Assembly: GCA_051881415.1 (NCBI GenBank)
Contig: JBJEPV010000127.1
Location: 1 to 35,880 of the forward strand
DNA from: Candidatus Fimenecus sp.
GTDB taxonomy: Bacteria; Bacillota; Clostridia; Oscillospirales; Acutalibacteraceae
Length of the DNA stretch: 35,880 nt
Direction: 5' to 3'
Translations under genes and position numbers: made by a program
The notes under the pieces: model-generated
Databases searched by the model: none
The model's input: the letters and a program-made list of their open reading frames with translations, nothing else
What the model was told of the DNA's origin: nothing
Shown here: piece after piece, positions 19,801 to 29,060 of the stretch
Layout of the letters: each line of letters begins with the position of its first letter
Position numbering within the stretch: position 1 is the stretch's first letter

Positions 19801-20418
19801 TTCCGCAAACGGTTCAATACCGAAACCGATGCCGACGGCAACCCGATTTATGTGAAGAAGGGGACAGCGCTCACCGAGGGCTCGCCCAATCCGCACGATA
19901 TTCTCGCCATCAACGGGGTCAACGCCGTACACGATTATTTGATTAAAGAAGTACAGCGTACCTACCGTATGCAGGGTGTTGACATCAACGATAAGCACAT
20001 TGAGGTTATCGTTCGCCAGATGATGCGCAAGCTCAAAGTTGACGAACCCGGCACAACCTCGCTTTTGCCCGGTGCAACCGTGGAAAAGAACGAGTTTGCC
20101 CACGCCAACCGCGAAGCGGAAGCCTATGCGCAAGAGCACGGAACGGACTTCGTGCCCGCGACTTGCTCGCCGGTGTTGCTCGGTATCACCAAAGCCTCTT
20201 TGGCGACCGATTCGTTCCTGTCGGCGGCCTCCTTCCAGGAGACCACCCGCGTGCTGACCGACGCCGCCATTAAGGGCAAGGTTGACCCGCTGATGGGCCT
20301 CAAAGAAAATGTTATCATCGGTAAGCTGTTGCCGTCCGGTACGGGTATGAAATGTTACAGCAATGTGGAATTAGAGCCCGTTACCGAAGGAAACGACGGC
20401 GAAGAGGTTACTGCGTAA
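16831..20418 (+). CDS. rpoC: DNA-directed RNA polymerase subunit beta'
   Basis: Zn-finger [20 protein letters not shown], catalytic [16 protein letters not shown], and trigger-loop and bridge-helix regions. 1195 aa. Confidence 0.97.
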   Translation: MENISFESIKIGLASPDQIREWSYGEVKKPETINYRTLKPERDGLYCERIFGPTKDWECHCGKYKRIRYKGKVCERCGVEITKSKVRRERMGHIELVAPVSHIWYFKGIPSRMGLILDISPRDLEKVLYFAKYIVTDPGDTELTKMQILSEKEYLDMREKYEDDFKAGMGAEAIKTLLEEIDVDALSAQLREELADATGQKKTRILKRLEVAEAFKQSGNRPEWMILDVLPVIPPDIRPMVQLDGGRFATSDLNDLYRRVINRNNRLKRLLELNAPEIIIRNEKRMLQEAVDALIDNGRRGRPVTGPNNRALKSLSDMLKGKQGRFRQNLLGKRVDYSGRSVIVVGPELKIYQCGLPKEMALELFKPFVMKRLVETGVAGNIKSARKMVERSKTEVWDALEVVIKDHPVMLNRAPTLHRLGIQAFEPVLVEGRAIKLHPLCCTAFNADFDGDQMAVHVPLSAEAQAEARLLMLAANNLLKPSDGKPVAVPTQDMILGSYYLTMDKDDDPGNGKVFTGFDEAVMAYDEGYIGLHSKIKVRMTKEIDGETRSQLLDTTLGKIIFNNPIPQDLGFVDRSDPANAFKLEVDFLVNKKTLGQIIDKCIKVHGVTVAAEMLDKIKAQGYKYSTKSGITVAVCDATIPPQKGELLEKAEERVDAITANYKMGLMSNAERSKSVIKVWEECTNKVAQGLKDNLGKENPIYMMVDSGARGSESQLRQLAGMRGLIANTAGKTIEVPIRANYREGLNVLEYFISSRGARKGLADTALRTADSGYLTRRLVDVSQDVIIREEDCHCHDGIEVYDITDGKEMIEPLKERLTGRYLLEDFVDEATGELIHSKDEMVTEDAAEKIADMVNARENPADRRIKIRSLLTCESEHGVCIKCYGSNLATGEPVTVGEAVGIIAAQSIGEPGTQLTMRTFHTGGIASSQDITQGLPRVEELFEARKPKTLAILAEIDGKLSFREIKKNEHIVITNEETADERSYLIPYGFRKRFNTETDADGNPIYVKKGTALTEGSPNPHDILAINGVNAVHDYLIKEVQRTYRMQGVDINDKHIEVIVRQMMRKLKVDEPGTTSLLPGATVEKNEFAHANREAEAYAQEHGTDFVPATCSPVLLGITKASLATDSFLSAASFQETTRVLTDAAIKGKVDPLMGLKENVIIGKLLPSGTGMKCYSNVELEPVTEGNDGEEVTA

Positions 20419-20436
20419 CAATTTTTGTAAAAAGAC

Positions 20437-20466
20437 TTGACAAGGTAAGGTTTTCAGTGCTAAAAT
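20437..20466 (+). promoter_or_regulatory. sigma-A-like promoter with extended -10 upstream of rpsL
   Basis: TTGACA (20437-20442), 18-nt spacer ending in TGC, TAAAAT (20461-20466). A-tract AAAAAG immediately upstream. Confidence 0.6.
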
Positions 20467-20479
20467 CTTACCTTGTGTG

Positions 20480-20522
20480 AGCAAAGCGAACATCTTTTTT
20501 GAAAAGAGATGTCCGCTTTGCT
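20480..20522 (+). promoter_or_regulatory. large stem-loop in the rpsL 5' leader
   Basis: AGCAAAGCGAACATCTTTT... pairs with ...AAAGAGATGTCCGCTTTGCT (about 18 bp with one mismatch and one bulge). No U-tract follows, so it is not an obvious terminator. Confidence 0.4.
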
Positions 20523-20565
20523 GACACGCTGTGTCAAAAATTATTTTAAAAAGGAGGAAAATGAC

Positions 20566-20988
20566 TTGCCAACCTTTAACCAACTTGTTCGCAACGGCAG
20601 ACAGACACTCGAAAAGAAATCGAAGGCTCCGGCACTCGGGAAAGGTCTTAACTCGAAAAAGAATGTTATGACCGACAACGCTTCTCCGCAAAAGCGCGGC
20701 GTTTGCACCGTCGTCAAAACCGACACACCGAAAAAGCCGAACTCTGCACTTCGTAAACTTGCCAGAGTGCGTCTTACGAACGGAATTGAAGTTTCCGCTT
20801 ACATTCCGGGCGTAGGTCACAATCTGCAAGAACACAGTGTTGTGCTCATCAGAGGCGGCCGTGTTAAGGACCTTCCCGGTGTGCGTTACCACATCATTCG
20901 CGGTACGCTGGACACCCAGGGCGTTAACGGCAGAATGCAGGCCCGTTCCAAATACGGTGCAAAGCGTCCGAAGAGCGCAAAGAAATAA
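20566..20988 (+). CDS. rpsL: 30S ribosomal protein S12
   Basis: TTG start 8 nt after AAGGAGG gives (M)[11 protein letters not shown]..., the canonical S12 N-terminus. [11 protein letters not shown] and [14 protein letters not shown] blocks are present. The ORF-track Met at 20509 is an upstream in-frame artefact. Confidence 0.93.
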   Translation: MPTFNQLVRNGRQTLEKKSKAPALGKGLNSKKNVMTDNASPQKRGVCTVVKTDTPKKPNSALRKLARVRLTNGIEVSAYIPGVGHNLQEHSVVLIRGGRVKDLPGVRYHIIRGTLDTQGVNGRMQARSKYGAKRPKSAKK

Positions 20989-21029
20989 GACTTTTTCGTA
21001 AGTCTTACCCAAAAAACGACAGAATCTAC

Positions 21030-21060
21030 TTGCAAAGGTTTACCGATGCAGGGTTATACT
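21030..21060 (+). promoter_or_regulatory. possible internal promoter in the rpsL-rpsG spacer
   Basis: TTGCAA (21030-21035), 19-nt spacer, TATACT (21055-21060) followed by ATATATA. The spacer is long, so confidence is low. Confidence 0.3.
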
Positions 21061-21068
21061 ATATATAG

Positions 21069-21617
<549 letters not shown>

Positions 21618-21650
21618 TTACAGCCGTTTTAGTAAGGTTTGGAGGATGTT

Positions 21651-23729
21651 ATGCCGAGAAAGGTATCTCTTGAAAAAACAAGAAATATTGGTATTATGGC
21701 GCACATCGACGCCGGTAAAACGACAACCACTGAGCGTATTTTGTTTTACACGGGTGTAAACCATAAAATCGGTGAAACCCACGACGGCGATGCCACCATG
21801 GACTGGATGGCGCAGGAGCAGGAGAGAGGTATTACCATCACCTCCGCTGCGACCACCTGTTTCTGGAAAGAGCACCGTATCAATATTATCGACACGCCCG
21901 GCCACGTTGACTTCACCGTTGAAGTGCAGCGTTCGCTTCGTGTTTTGGACGGTTCCGTTACCGTTCTTTGCGCAAAGGGCGGCGTTGAGCCGCAGTCTGA
22001 AACCGTTTGGCGTCAGGCTGACGAATACCATGTTCCGCGTATGATTTATGTCAATAAAATGGACATTATGGGCGCGGACTTCTACCGCGTGCTGGATATG
22101 GTCAATGAGCGTTTCCAGTGCAACCCCGTTCCGATTCAGTTGCCCATCGGCTGTGAGGACACCTTTAAGGGCATTGTCGACTTGGTCGAAATGGATGCAG
22201 AAATCTATTATGACGACCTGGGCAAGGATGTCCGCCGTGAGCCCATCCCCGACGATATGAAAGAGCTGGCACAGAAATACCGTGACCAACTTATCGAGCA
22301 TGTCGCCGAGCAGGACGATGAACTGATGGAAAAATACTTCAACGGCGAAGAACTCACCGTCGAAGAGATTAAAAGAACCATTCGCAAATCGACGATTGAG
22401 AACACCATGGTGCCGATTACCTGCGGTACTTCTTACCGCAATAAGGGCGTTCAGCCGCTTCTCGACGCGATTGTCGATTATATGCCCGCCCCCACCGATG
22501 TTGAGGCAATTAAGGGCATTAACCCCGATACCGATGAAGAAGAAGTCCGTCATTCTTCCGACGACGAGCCGTTCTCCGCGCTCGCATTCAAGATTGCAAC
22601 CGACCCCTATGTCGGTAAAATCTGCTTCTTCCGCGTGTATTCGGGTACGGTTGAAGCCGGCGCGAGTGTGTATAACTCCGTGAAGGACAACCGTGAAAGA
22701 ATGGGCCGTATTCTGCAAATGCACGCAAATCACCGTGAAGACATCGAAGTCTGCTATTCGGGCGATATTGCGGCGGCAGTAGGTCTCAAAAACACCACTA
22801 CGGGTGATACCCTCTGCGACGAGAAACACCCCATTATCTTGGAGTCGATGAACTTCCCCGAGCCGGTTATTCGTGTTGCGATTGAACCGAAAACCAAGGC
22901 CGGTCAGGAGAAAATGGGTATTGGTCTGCAAAAGCTTGCCGAAGAAGACCCGACCTTTAAGTGCTATACCGATGAAGAAACCGGTCAGACCATTATCGCA
23001 GGTATGGGCGAGCTCCACCTCGAAATCATCGTGGACCGTTTGCTTCGCGAATTCAAGGTAGAAGCCAATGTCGGTAAGCCGCAGGTTGCTTACCGCGAAA
23101 CCATCCGCAAGCCCGCGTCTTCCGATACGAAGTACGCGCGTCAGTCGGGCGGTAAAGGTCAGTACGGTCATGTTAAGATTAACATTGAGCCGAATCCCGA
23201 TAAGGGTTACGAATTCGTCAACAACATCGTCGGCGGTGCCATTCCGAAAGAATACATCGGGCCGGTTGACGCAGGTATTCAGGGCGCAATGCAGTCCGGC
23301 GTACTTGCAGGCTATTCGATGGTCGATGTGAAAGTCACGCTGTACGACGGTTCTTATCACGAGGTTGACTCTTCGGAAATGGCGTTTAAGATTGCCGGTT
23401 CTATGGCTTTCAAAGATGCCGCAAGAAAAGCAGACCCCGTGCTGTTAGAGCCGATTATGAAGGTTGTTGTCATCGTGCCCGAAGAATATATGGGCGATGT
23501 TATCGGCGACCTGAACTCCCGCCGCGGCGAAATTCAGGGCTTTGAGGACAGAACCGGCGTCAAGCAGATTAACGCGCATGTGCCGCTGTCCGAAATGTTC
23601 GGTTACGCCACAGACCTGCGCTCAAAGAGCCAGGGTCGCGGGCAGTATGTCATGGAACCCGACGGATACAAAGAGGTTCCGAAGTCTATCGCAGAGAAAA
23701 TTATTTCCGAGCGTACAAAGAAAGACTAA
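21651..23729 (+). CDS. fusA: elongation factor G
   Basis: ATG 21651 lies 5 nt after [44 protein letters not shown] and NKMD GTPase motifs. ~692 aa. Confidence 0.96.
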   Translation: MPRKVSLEKTRNIGIMAHIDAGKTTTTERILFYTGVNHKIGETHDGDATMDWMAQEQERGITITSAATTCFWKEHRINIIDTPGHVDFTVEVQRSLRVLDGSVTVLCAKGGVEPQSETVWRQADEYHVPRMIYVNKMDIMGADFYRVLDMVNERFQCNPVPIQLPIGCEDTFKGIVDLVEMDAEIYYDDLGKDVRREPIPDDMKELAQKYRDQLIEHVAEQDDELMEKYFNGEELTVEEIKRTIRKSTIENTMVPITCGTSYRNKGVQPLLDAIVDYMPAPTDVEAIKGINPDTDEEEVRHSSDDEPFSALAFKIATDPYVGKICFFRVYSGTVEAGASVYNSVKDNRERMGRILQMHANHREDIEVCYSGDIAAAVGLKNTTTGDTLCDEKHPIILESMNFPEPVIRVAIEPKTKAGQEKMGIGLQKLAEEDPTFKCYTDEETGQTIIAGMGELHLEIIVDRLLREFKVEANVGKPQVAYRETIRKPASSDTKYARQSGGKGQYGHVKINIEPNPDKGYEFVNNIVGGAIPKEYIGPVDAGIQGAMQSGVLAGYSMVDVKVTLYDGSYHEVDSSEMAFKIAGSMAFKDAARKADPVLLEPIMKVVVIVPEEYMGDVIGDLNSRRGEIQGFEDRTGVKQINAHVPLSEMFGYATDLRSKSQGRGQYVMEPDGYKEVPKSIAEKIISERTKKD

Positions 23730-23743
23730 TTTCAGAAAAAGAC

Positions 23744-23772
23744 TTGAAATTTTGCCTGATTATTGGTAAAAT
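23744..23772 (+). promoter_or_regulatory. sigma-A-like promoter with extended -10 upstream of tuf
   Basis: TTGAAA (23744-23749), 17-nt spacer ending in TGG, TAAAAT (23767-23772). Same AAAAAGACTTGA context as the rpsL promoter. Confidence 0.55.
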
Positions 23773-23826
23773 ACAAGCACATAGCATTTTGTAAAATATT
23801 TGCGCTAAATAAAGGAGGAAATTCCA

Positions 23827-25029
23827 ATGGCAAAGGAAAAATTTAACCGTAGCAAACCGCACGTTAACATTGGTACCATCGGCCACGTTGACCATGGTAA
23901 AACCACGTTGACCGCTGCAATCACCAAGACGCTCGCTATGAAGGGTTATGCAAAGTTCGAAGCATATGACATGATCGACAAGGCTCCCGAAGAGAGAGAG
24001 CGCGGCATCACCATCAACACCGCACACGTTGAGTATGAAACCGATACTCGTCACTATGCGCACGTTGACTGCCCCGGCCATGCTGACTATATCAAGAACA
24101 TGATTACCGGTGCTGCACAGATGGACGGTGCTATCCTTGTTATCGCTGCTACCGACGGCCCGATGGCACAGACCAAAGAGCACTTGTTGCTTGCTCGCCA
24201 GGTTGGTGTTCCTTACATCATCGTTTTCCTGAACAAAGCTGACCAGGTTGACGATCCGGAACTCCTTGAACTCGTTGAAATGGAAGTCCGTGAAACCCTT
24301 TCCGAGTATGGCTTCCCGGGCGACGACACCCCGATTATCGTTGGCTCCGCACTCAAAGCACTTGAATACAGCGGCAGCGATATGGACGCTCCTGAACTCA
24401 AACCGATTTGGGATTTGATGGAAGCGGTTGATACCTATATCCCGACTCCCGACCGTAAAGCTGACCTTCCCTTCTTGATGCCCATCGAAGATGTTATGAC
24501 CATCTCCGGCCGTGGTACTGTTGTTACCGGCCGTGTGGAGCGTGGCCAGCTCAAGACCGGCGAAGAAGTTGAAATCGTTGGTTTGTCCGATGAGAAGAAA
24601 AAGACCGTTGTTACCGGTATCGAAATGTTCAGAAAAACTCTGGACTATGCAGAAGCAGGCGACAACATCGGTGCTCTTCTTCGTGGTATTCAGAGAACCG
24701 AAGTGGAACGCGGTCAGGTTCTTTCCAAACCCGGTTCCATTCATCCCTACACCAAGTTCAAAGGTCAGGTTTATGTCCTGAATAAAGATGAAGGCGGCCG
24801 TCATACGCCGTTCTTCAACAACTATCGTCCGCAGTTCTATTTCAGAACCACCGACGTTACCGGCATCATCTCCCTTCCCGAAGGCACCGAGATGTGCATG
24901 CCCGGCGACAACGTCGAAATGGATGTTGAATTGATTACCCCCATCGCAATTGAAGAGGGTCTTCGCTTCGCTATCCGTGAAGGCGGCCGTACCGTTGGTT
25001 CGGGTGTTGTTGTTGCGGTTTCCGACTAA
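23827..25029 (+). CDS. tuf: elongation factor Tu
   Basis: [47 protein letters not shown] and NKAD motifs. 400 aa. Confidence 0.98.
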   Translation: MAKEKFNRSKPHVNIGTIGHVDHGKTTLTAAITKTLAMKGYAKFEAYDMIDKAPEERERGITINTAHVEYETDTRHYAHVDCPGHADYIKNMITGAAQMDGAILVIAATDGPMAQTKEHLLLARQVGVPYIIVFLNKADQVDDPELLELVEMEVRETLSEYGFPGDDTPIIVGSALKALEYSGSDMDAPELKPIWDLMEAVDTYIPTPDRKADLPFLMPIEDVMTISGRGTVVTGRVERGQLKTGEEVEIVGLSDEKKKTVVTGIEMFRKTLDYAEAGDNIGALLRGIQRTEVERGQVLSKPGSIHPYTKFKGQVYVLNKDEGGRHTPFFNNYRPQFYFRTTDVTGIISLPEGTEMCMPGDNVEMDVELITPIAIEEGLRFAIREGGRTVGSGVVVAVSD

Positions 25030-25059
25030 TCACAACCCTGTCTGATTGACAAAATTGTT

Positions 25060-25100
25060 CCCCCGAAGTTCGTTCACACGAAGTTCGGGGGATTTCTTCT
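25060..25100 (+). terminator. rho-independent terminator after tuf
   Basis: 13-bp stem CCCCCGAAGTTCG / CGAAGTTCGGGGG (one internal mismatch), 6-nt loop, then ATTTCTTCTT. Confidence 0.8.
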
Positions 25101-25111
25101 TGCAAAGCAGT

Positions 25112-25145
25112 AAAAAAGAGCGAATTTTCAAATTCGCTCTTTTTC
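25112..25145. terminator. bidirectional terminator (serves the minus-strand ABC operon; backup for tuf)
   Basis: GAGCGAATTT-TC-AAATTCGCTC perfect 10-bp stem, flanked by an A6 run upstream and a T5 run downstream. Confidence 0.7.
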
Positions 25146-25158
25146 TATATTTTTCAGT

Positions 25159-26889
25159 TTATTCCGCTTTTGCAAATTGGCTTTGATACAAATCATAGTA
25201 AAATCCGCGTTGGGCAAGCAGGTCTTGGTGCGTGCCTTGCTCTATGATTTGCCCGTCGCGCATCACCAAAATGACATCGGCGTTTTGTATCGTCGAAAGG
25301 CGGTGTGCCACAATAAAGCTCGTGCGCCCTTCCATCAACTTTTGGAATGCCTTTTGAATGCGGATTTCCGTGCGCGTGTCGATGTTGCTGGTTGCTTCGT
25401 CTAAAATCAGCATCGGCGGTTTTTTGAGCATTACCCGCGCAATGGCGAGTAACTGCCGCTGTCCCTCGGAAATATTGCCGCCGTTTTCAGAAAGCACCGT
25501 GTCATAGCCTTTGGGCAAACGCTTAATAAAACTGTGCGCGTGCGCTGCTTTTGCCGCCTCGATAATTTCTTCGTCGCTTGCGTTCGGTGCGCCGTAGGCG
25601 ATGTTTTCCCGCACCGTTCCGCGAAACAGCCAAGTGTCTTGCAACACCATACCGAACGCACTGCGCAGGCTGTCACGCGTGACCTCCGCCGTGTTTTGCC
25701 CGTCCACCGTGATTTTGCCGCTGTTTAAATCATAAAATCGCATCAGCAAATTGATAAGCGTTGTTTTACCGCACCCCGTCGGGCCGACAATCGCCACGGT
25801 CTGCCCGGGTTTCACCGAGAGGGAGAAATCTCGAATCAGCGGCTTGTCGGATACATAAGAGAACGAAATATTTTGAAAGTCCACCGCGCCGTTTTCCACC
25901 TGTAAGGCAGGCAGTGCGCTGTCATCGGGTTCGTCCTTGGCGTCTAACAACCGGAATACGCGCGCCGCGCCCGAAAGAGCGTTTTGAAATTCCGCCACCA
26001 CGCCCGAAATTTCGTTAAACGGCTTTGTGTATTGCGAACAGTAGGCGAGGAACGAAGTCAGTTCCCCGACGGAAAGACTGCCGCGCACACAAAGGATTGC
26101 ACCTACGGTTGCCACACCTGCATACACCGTCGCGTTGACAAACCGCGTGCAGGGATTGGAAAGTGCCGAGTAAAAATGCGCGATGACGCCCACTTTTTGC
26201 ATATCCGTATTCATTTTTTCAAAATTTTCGGCGTTGACGGCTTCCATCGCAAACGATTTGACAACCGTTTCGTTTTCAATCATTTCCGAGGCAAATCCCG
26301 TAAGTTTGCCGCGCAGTTTTGCTTGTTCGCGGTATTTGTCGTGCGTGTGCCGCGCAATAAAGGACGATACAAAGAACGATAGCGGCGTCAGCACTACCAC
26401 AACCAGCGCAATCCACGGATTTAACACGAACATAAATACCAGCGTGCCGAGAATGGTGACCACGCCCGAAAACACTTGCGTAAATCCCTGCAAAAGTCCC
26501 GTGCCGACAATGTCAATGTCCGTGACAGCGGTGCTTAAAATATCCCCGTGCGCATTGCGGTCAATGTAGGAAAGCGGCACGCGCCCGAGTTTTGCAAACA
26601 CATCGTTGCGCAGTTTTTCCACCGTATAATACGAGAGTTTGTTGCTGTGGTAGGTCATAATCCATTGAAACAGCGCCGACAGCAACACAATGCCCGCGAG
26701 CGCGCCGCCGATTTTATAAAGCCGCGGAAAATCCACTTCGCCCGCCGTGACCATGGTGTCTACCGCAAGCCCGATGAATACGGGGACCAAAAGGGAAAGC
26801 ACAATGCCCACAAAAGCCGACACAACCGCGGCGACCAAGTTCTTTTTAAACGGGCGAATATACGAAAGTAAACGCTTTAAGGTCTGCAT
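25159..26889 (-). CDS. ABC exporter half-transporter (TMD-NBD), consensus-NBD partner
   Basis: Six-helix TMD followed by an NBD. Walker A GPTGCGKTTL, Walker B MLILDEATSNID, H-loop FIVAHRLSTI, but a non-canonical signature ISEGQRQ. Its start overlaps the stop of the upstream gene by 1 nt (TAATG). Confidence 0.9.
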   Translation of the reverse strand: MQTLKRLLSYIRPFKKNLVAAVVSAFVGIVLSLLVPVFIGLAVDTMVTAGEVDFPRLYKIGGALAGIVLLSALFQWIMTYHSNKLSYYTVEKLRNDVFAKLGRVPLSYIDRNAHGDILSTAVTDIDIVGTGLLQGFTQVFSGVVTILGTLVFMFVLNPWIALVVVVLTPLSFFVSSFIARHTHDKYREQAKLRGKLTGFASEMIENETVVKSFAMEAVNAENFEKMNTDMQKVGVIAHFYSALSNPCTRFVNATVYAGVATVGAILCVRGSLSVGELTSFLAYCSQYTKPFNEISGVVAEFQNALSGAARVFRLLDAKDEPDDSALPALQVENGAVDFQNISFSYVSDKPLIRDFSLSVKPGQTVAIVGPTGCGKTTLINLLMRFYDLNSGKITVDGQNTAEVTRDSLRSAFGMVLQDTWLFRGTVRENIAYGAPNASDEEIIEAAKAAHAHSFIKRLPKGYDTVLSENGGNISEGQRQLLAIARVMLKKPPMLILDEATSNIDTRTEIRIQKAFQKLMEGRTSFIVAHRLSTIQNADVILVMRDGQIIEQGTHQDLLAQRGFYYDLYQSQFAKAE

Positions 26890-28610
26890 TATGCGCCCAC
26901 CTCGCTTCCTTGGGCTTGCGAGCGACAGGTTTCGCGGTACAGCTCGTTATCACGGTATAATTCCTCGTGCGTACCCACGCCGCACAAAACGCCGTCGTCC
27001 AACAGCAGAATTTTATCCGCCGATTTTACACTGCTCACGCGCTGTGAAACCCAAATCACGGTTTTGTCTTTATAGGTTTCCTGCAATGCGCGCCGCAGTT
27101 TTAGGTCGGTGGCAAAATCAAGTGCGCTCGACGCGTCGTCAAAAATCAAAATTTCGGGATTGCCCACAAGCGCTCTTGCAATCGTCAAGCGCTGGCGTTG
27201 CCCGCCCGAAAAATTCTTGCCGCCCTCCTCCACGGGAGCGTCCAAGCCTTCGGGCAGTTGCCGCACGAATTCCGATGCTTGTGAAATGCGCAGGGCATCG
27301 GCAATTTCTTCGTTCGTTACATCGGTTTTGCCGCACAGCAAATTGTCGCGCACCGTGCCTTTAAACAGCGCACCGCCCTGCGGCACACTGTGCACGGTAT
27401 TACGAAGGGCTTGGTAGGTGTAGTTTTTCACATCCTTGCCGAACACCGAAACCGTGCCGCTGTCCGCATCATACAGCCGCCAAATCAGGTTGATAAGCGC
27501 CGATTTCCCCGCGCCCGTGCCGCCGATAATGCCGACGGTCTGCCCGCGCTCGATGGTAAACGATATATCGCTTAACACCTTTTCCTCGGCAATATGAAAT
27601 GAGAAATCCACCTTATCAAAGCATACGGCGGTTTTTTCTGCGGTATTTACGGTTTCCGTTTTGCCCTCGTGCATGGTCGGCTCGGTTTCCAAAACTGCTT
27701 TCACACGGTCCATACTTGCCGCCGCTTTGGTAAAAATCACAATGACATTGGCAAAAACGATAATAGACAGCAGAATTTGCGTCATATAATTGGTAAAGGC
27801 AATCACTTCGCCTTGCGTAAGATTGCCGACATACACATTTTTGCCGCCGAAATACAAAACCGCGACAATGCCTAAGTTCATCACGGCAAAGGTGAGGGGA
27901 TTTAAAAACGCATTCAAACGCCCGACGCGCACCTGTATGCGTGTGAAATCCTCATTTTCCTTTGAAAAGCGTTCGCGTTCCGCCTTGGTCTTTTGAAATG
28001 CGCGAATGACGCGCACGCCGGAAAGATTTTCGTTGACCACGCGCGCGAGCACATCTAACTTGTTTTGGATTTTTTTGTAAATCGGCAATGAACGGCTTAA
28101 AATGATATACATAATCACGCTGACAAGCGCGCCCGCAATCAAAAAGATGACAGACATTTTCAGGTCCAGCGCCATCGCCATAATGAGCGACCCCGCAATC
28201 AAAAACGGGGAACGGAACATCAAGCGAATGAGCATGGCCACGCCCGATTGGATTTGGTTAATATCGTTGGTTAAGCGTGTGACGAGCGTTGCGTTGGAAA
28301 ATTTTGCGCGGTCTGCGGCGGAAAGCGCGTGAATTTTTGCAAATACATCGCGGCGCAAATCCGTGCCGACGCCTTGCTGGGCAACCGCCGCCGAATATTG
28401 GCAGATAATTGCAAACAGCAACCCCACCGCGCCGAGTGCGAACATCAGCGCCCCCATTTTGAGAATATACGCGGTGTCGCCGTTTTTCACCCCGACATCA
28501 ATAATTTTGGACATCACAATGGGCACAAACAGCTCCAAAATCGCCTCTGCCAGCTTAAATGCAGGCCCCATAATGAATTGCAACTTGTATTTTTGAAAGT
28601 ACTTTTTCAT
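26889..28610 (-). CDS. ABC exporter half-transporter (TMD-NBD), degenerate-NBD partner
   Basis: GGTGGAGA RBS. Walker A GGTGAGKSAL and canonical signature FSGGQRQRL. Walker B is ILIFDDASSALD (Asp where the catalytic Glu is expected), and the H-loop position reads VSQRVSS (Gln instead of His). Confidence 0.9.
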   Translation of the reverse strand: MKKYFQKYKLQFIMGPAFKLAEAILELFVPIVMSKIIDVGVKNGDTAYILKMGALMFALGAVGLLFAIICQYSAAVAQQGVGTDLRRDVFAKIHALSAADRAKFSNATLVTRLTNDINQIQSGVAMLIRLMFRSPFLIAGSLIMAMALDLKMSVIFLIAGALVSVIMYIILSRSLPIYKKIQNKLDVLARVVNENLSGVRVIRAFQKTKAERERFSKENEDFTRIQVRVGRLNAFLNPLTFAVMNLGIVAVLYFGGKNVYVGNLTQGEVIAFTNYMTQILLSIIVFANVIVIFTKAAASMDRVKAVLETEPTMHEGKTETVNTAEKTAVCFDKVDFSFHIAEEKVLSDISFTIERGQTVGIIGGTGAGKSALINLIWRLYDADSGTVSVFGKDVKNYTYQALRNTVHSVPQGGALFKGTVRDNLLCGKTDVTNEEIADALRISQASEFVRQLPEGLDAPVEEGGKNFSGGQRQRLTIARALVGNPEILIFDDASSALDFATDLKLRRALQETYKDKTVIWVSQRVSSVKSADKILLLDDGVLCGVGTHEELYRDNELYRETCRSQAQGSEVGA

Positions 28611-28643
28611 CTGAAATTCTCCACCGATAAAAGCATTTTATAT

Positions 28644-28671
28644 AGTATACCATTTTTTCTGTATTTTTCAA
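28644..28671 (-). promoter_or_regulatory. sigma-A-like promoter with extended -10 for the ABC exporter operon
   Basis: On the minus strand: TTGAAA (28671-28666), 16-nt spacer ending in TGG, TATACT (28649-28644), about 35 nt upstream of the ATG at 28610. Confidence 0.5.
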
Positions 28672-28703
28672 TACAACAGCATAAAAACCAAGGGGGCATT
28701 GCT

Positions 28704-29060
28704 TTGCAAAAATGCAAAAAAACAGCCGCTGCCGTTTTGACAGCGGTGCTTTGTATGTTGGGTGTGCTGTATGCGTGCATCACCTTTGAAATTACCCTGC
28801 AAACCACGGGGGAGGGGGCGCTCTACGCCGAAAAACAGCGCGTGCATCTGTGCGAGAGTGTAAAAATTCGGATTGTGCCAAGCAACGCGCCGACGCCGTC
28901 CGTGCTCAAAAGCATTACCGTCAACGGCGAGGATTGCACAAAGTCCGTGCATTTGCAAGCCTTAAAAATCAGCCGCGTGCACAGGGATATTGTCGTCACA
29001 GCCGAATTTGAAAGCGCGGCAGGGAAAGCGGTGCCCGCGAATGCGCCCGTATTTGTTTAA
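28704..29060 (+). CDS. small hypothetical secreted or membrane-anchored protein (~118 aa)
   Basis: Only the distal third of ORF 28329..29060 lies outside the ABC gene. A TTG at 28704 sits 7 nt after AGGGGG. It encodes a basic N-terminus plus a hydrophobic span (KKTAAAVLTAVLCMLGVLYAC) and then a beta-rich region. No family recognised. Confidence 0.4.
   Translation: MQKCKKTAAAVLTAVLCMLGVLYACITFEITLQTTGEGALYAEKQRVHLCESVKIRIVPSNAPTPSVLKSITVNGEDCTKSVHLQALKISRVHRDIVVTAEFESAAGKAVPANAPVFV

Noticed and set aside
18580-20139. 519-aa ORF antisense to rpoC. Similar long antisense ORFs occur at 21618-23360 (vs fusA), 23701-24804 (vs tuf), 6763-7782 and 6716-7438 (vs ilvD), 15380-16090 (vs rpoB), 10696-11493 (vs lacZ), 3549-4142 (vs metY) and 5008-5700 (vs the phosphoesterase gene).
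   Set aside because: All lie fully inside strongly supported genes on the opposite strand. They have Arg/Gly/His/Val-rich compositions typical of shadow frames, no RBS, and no recognisable motifs.
28329-28703. The 5' two-thirds of the 243-aa plus-strand ORF 28329-29060.
   Set aside because: It is antisense to the well-supported ABC transporter gene. Only the part downstream of 28704 lies in otherwise non-coding DNA and has an RBS.
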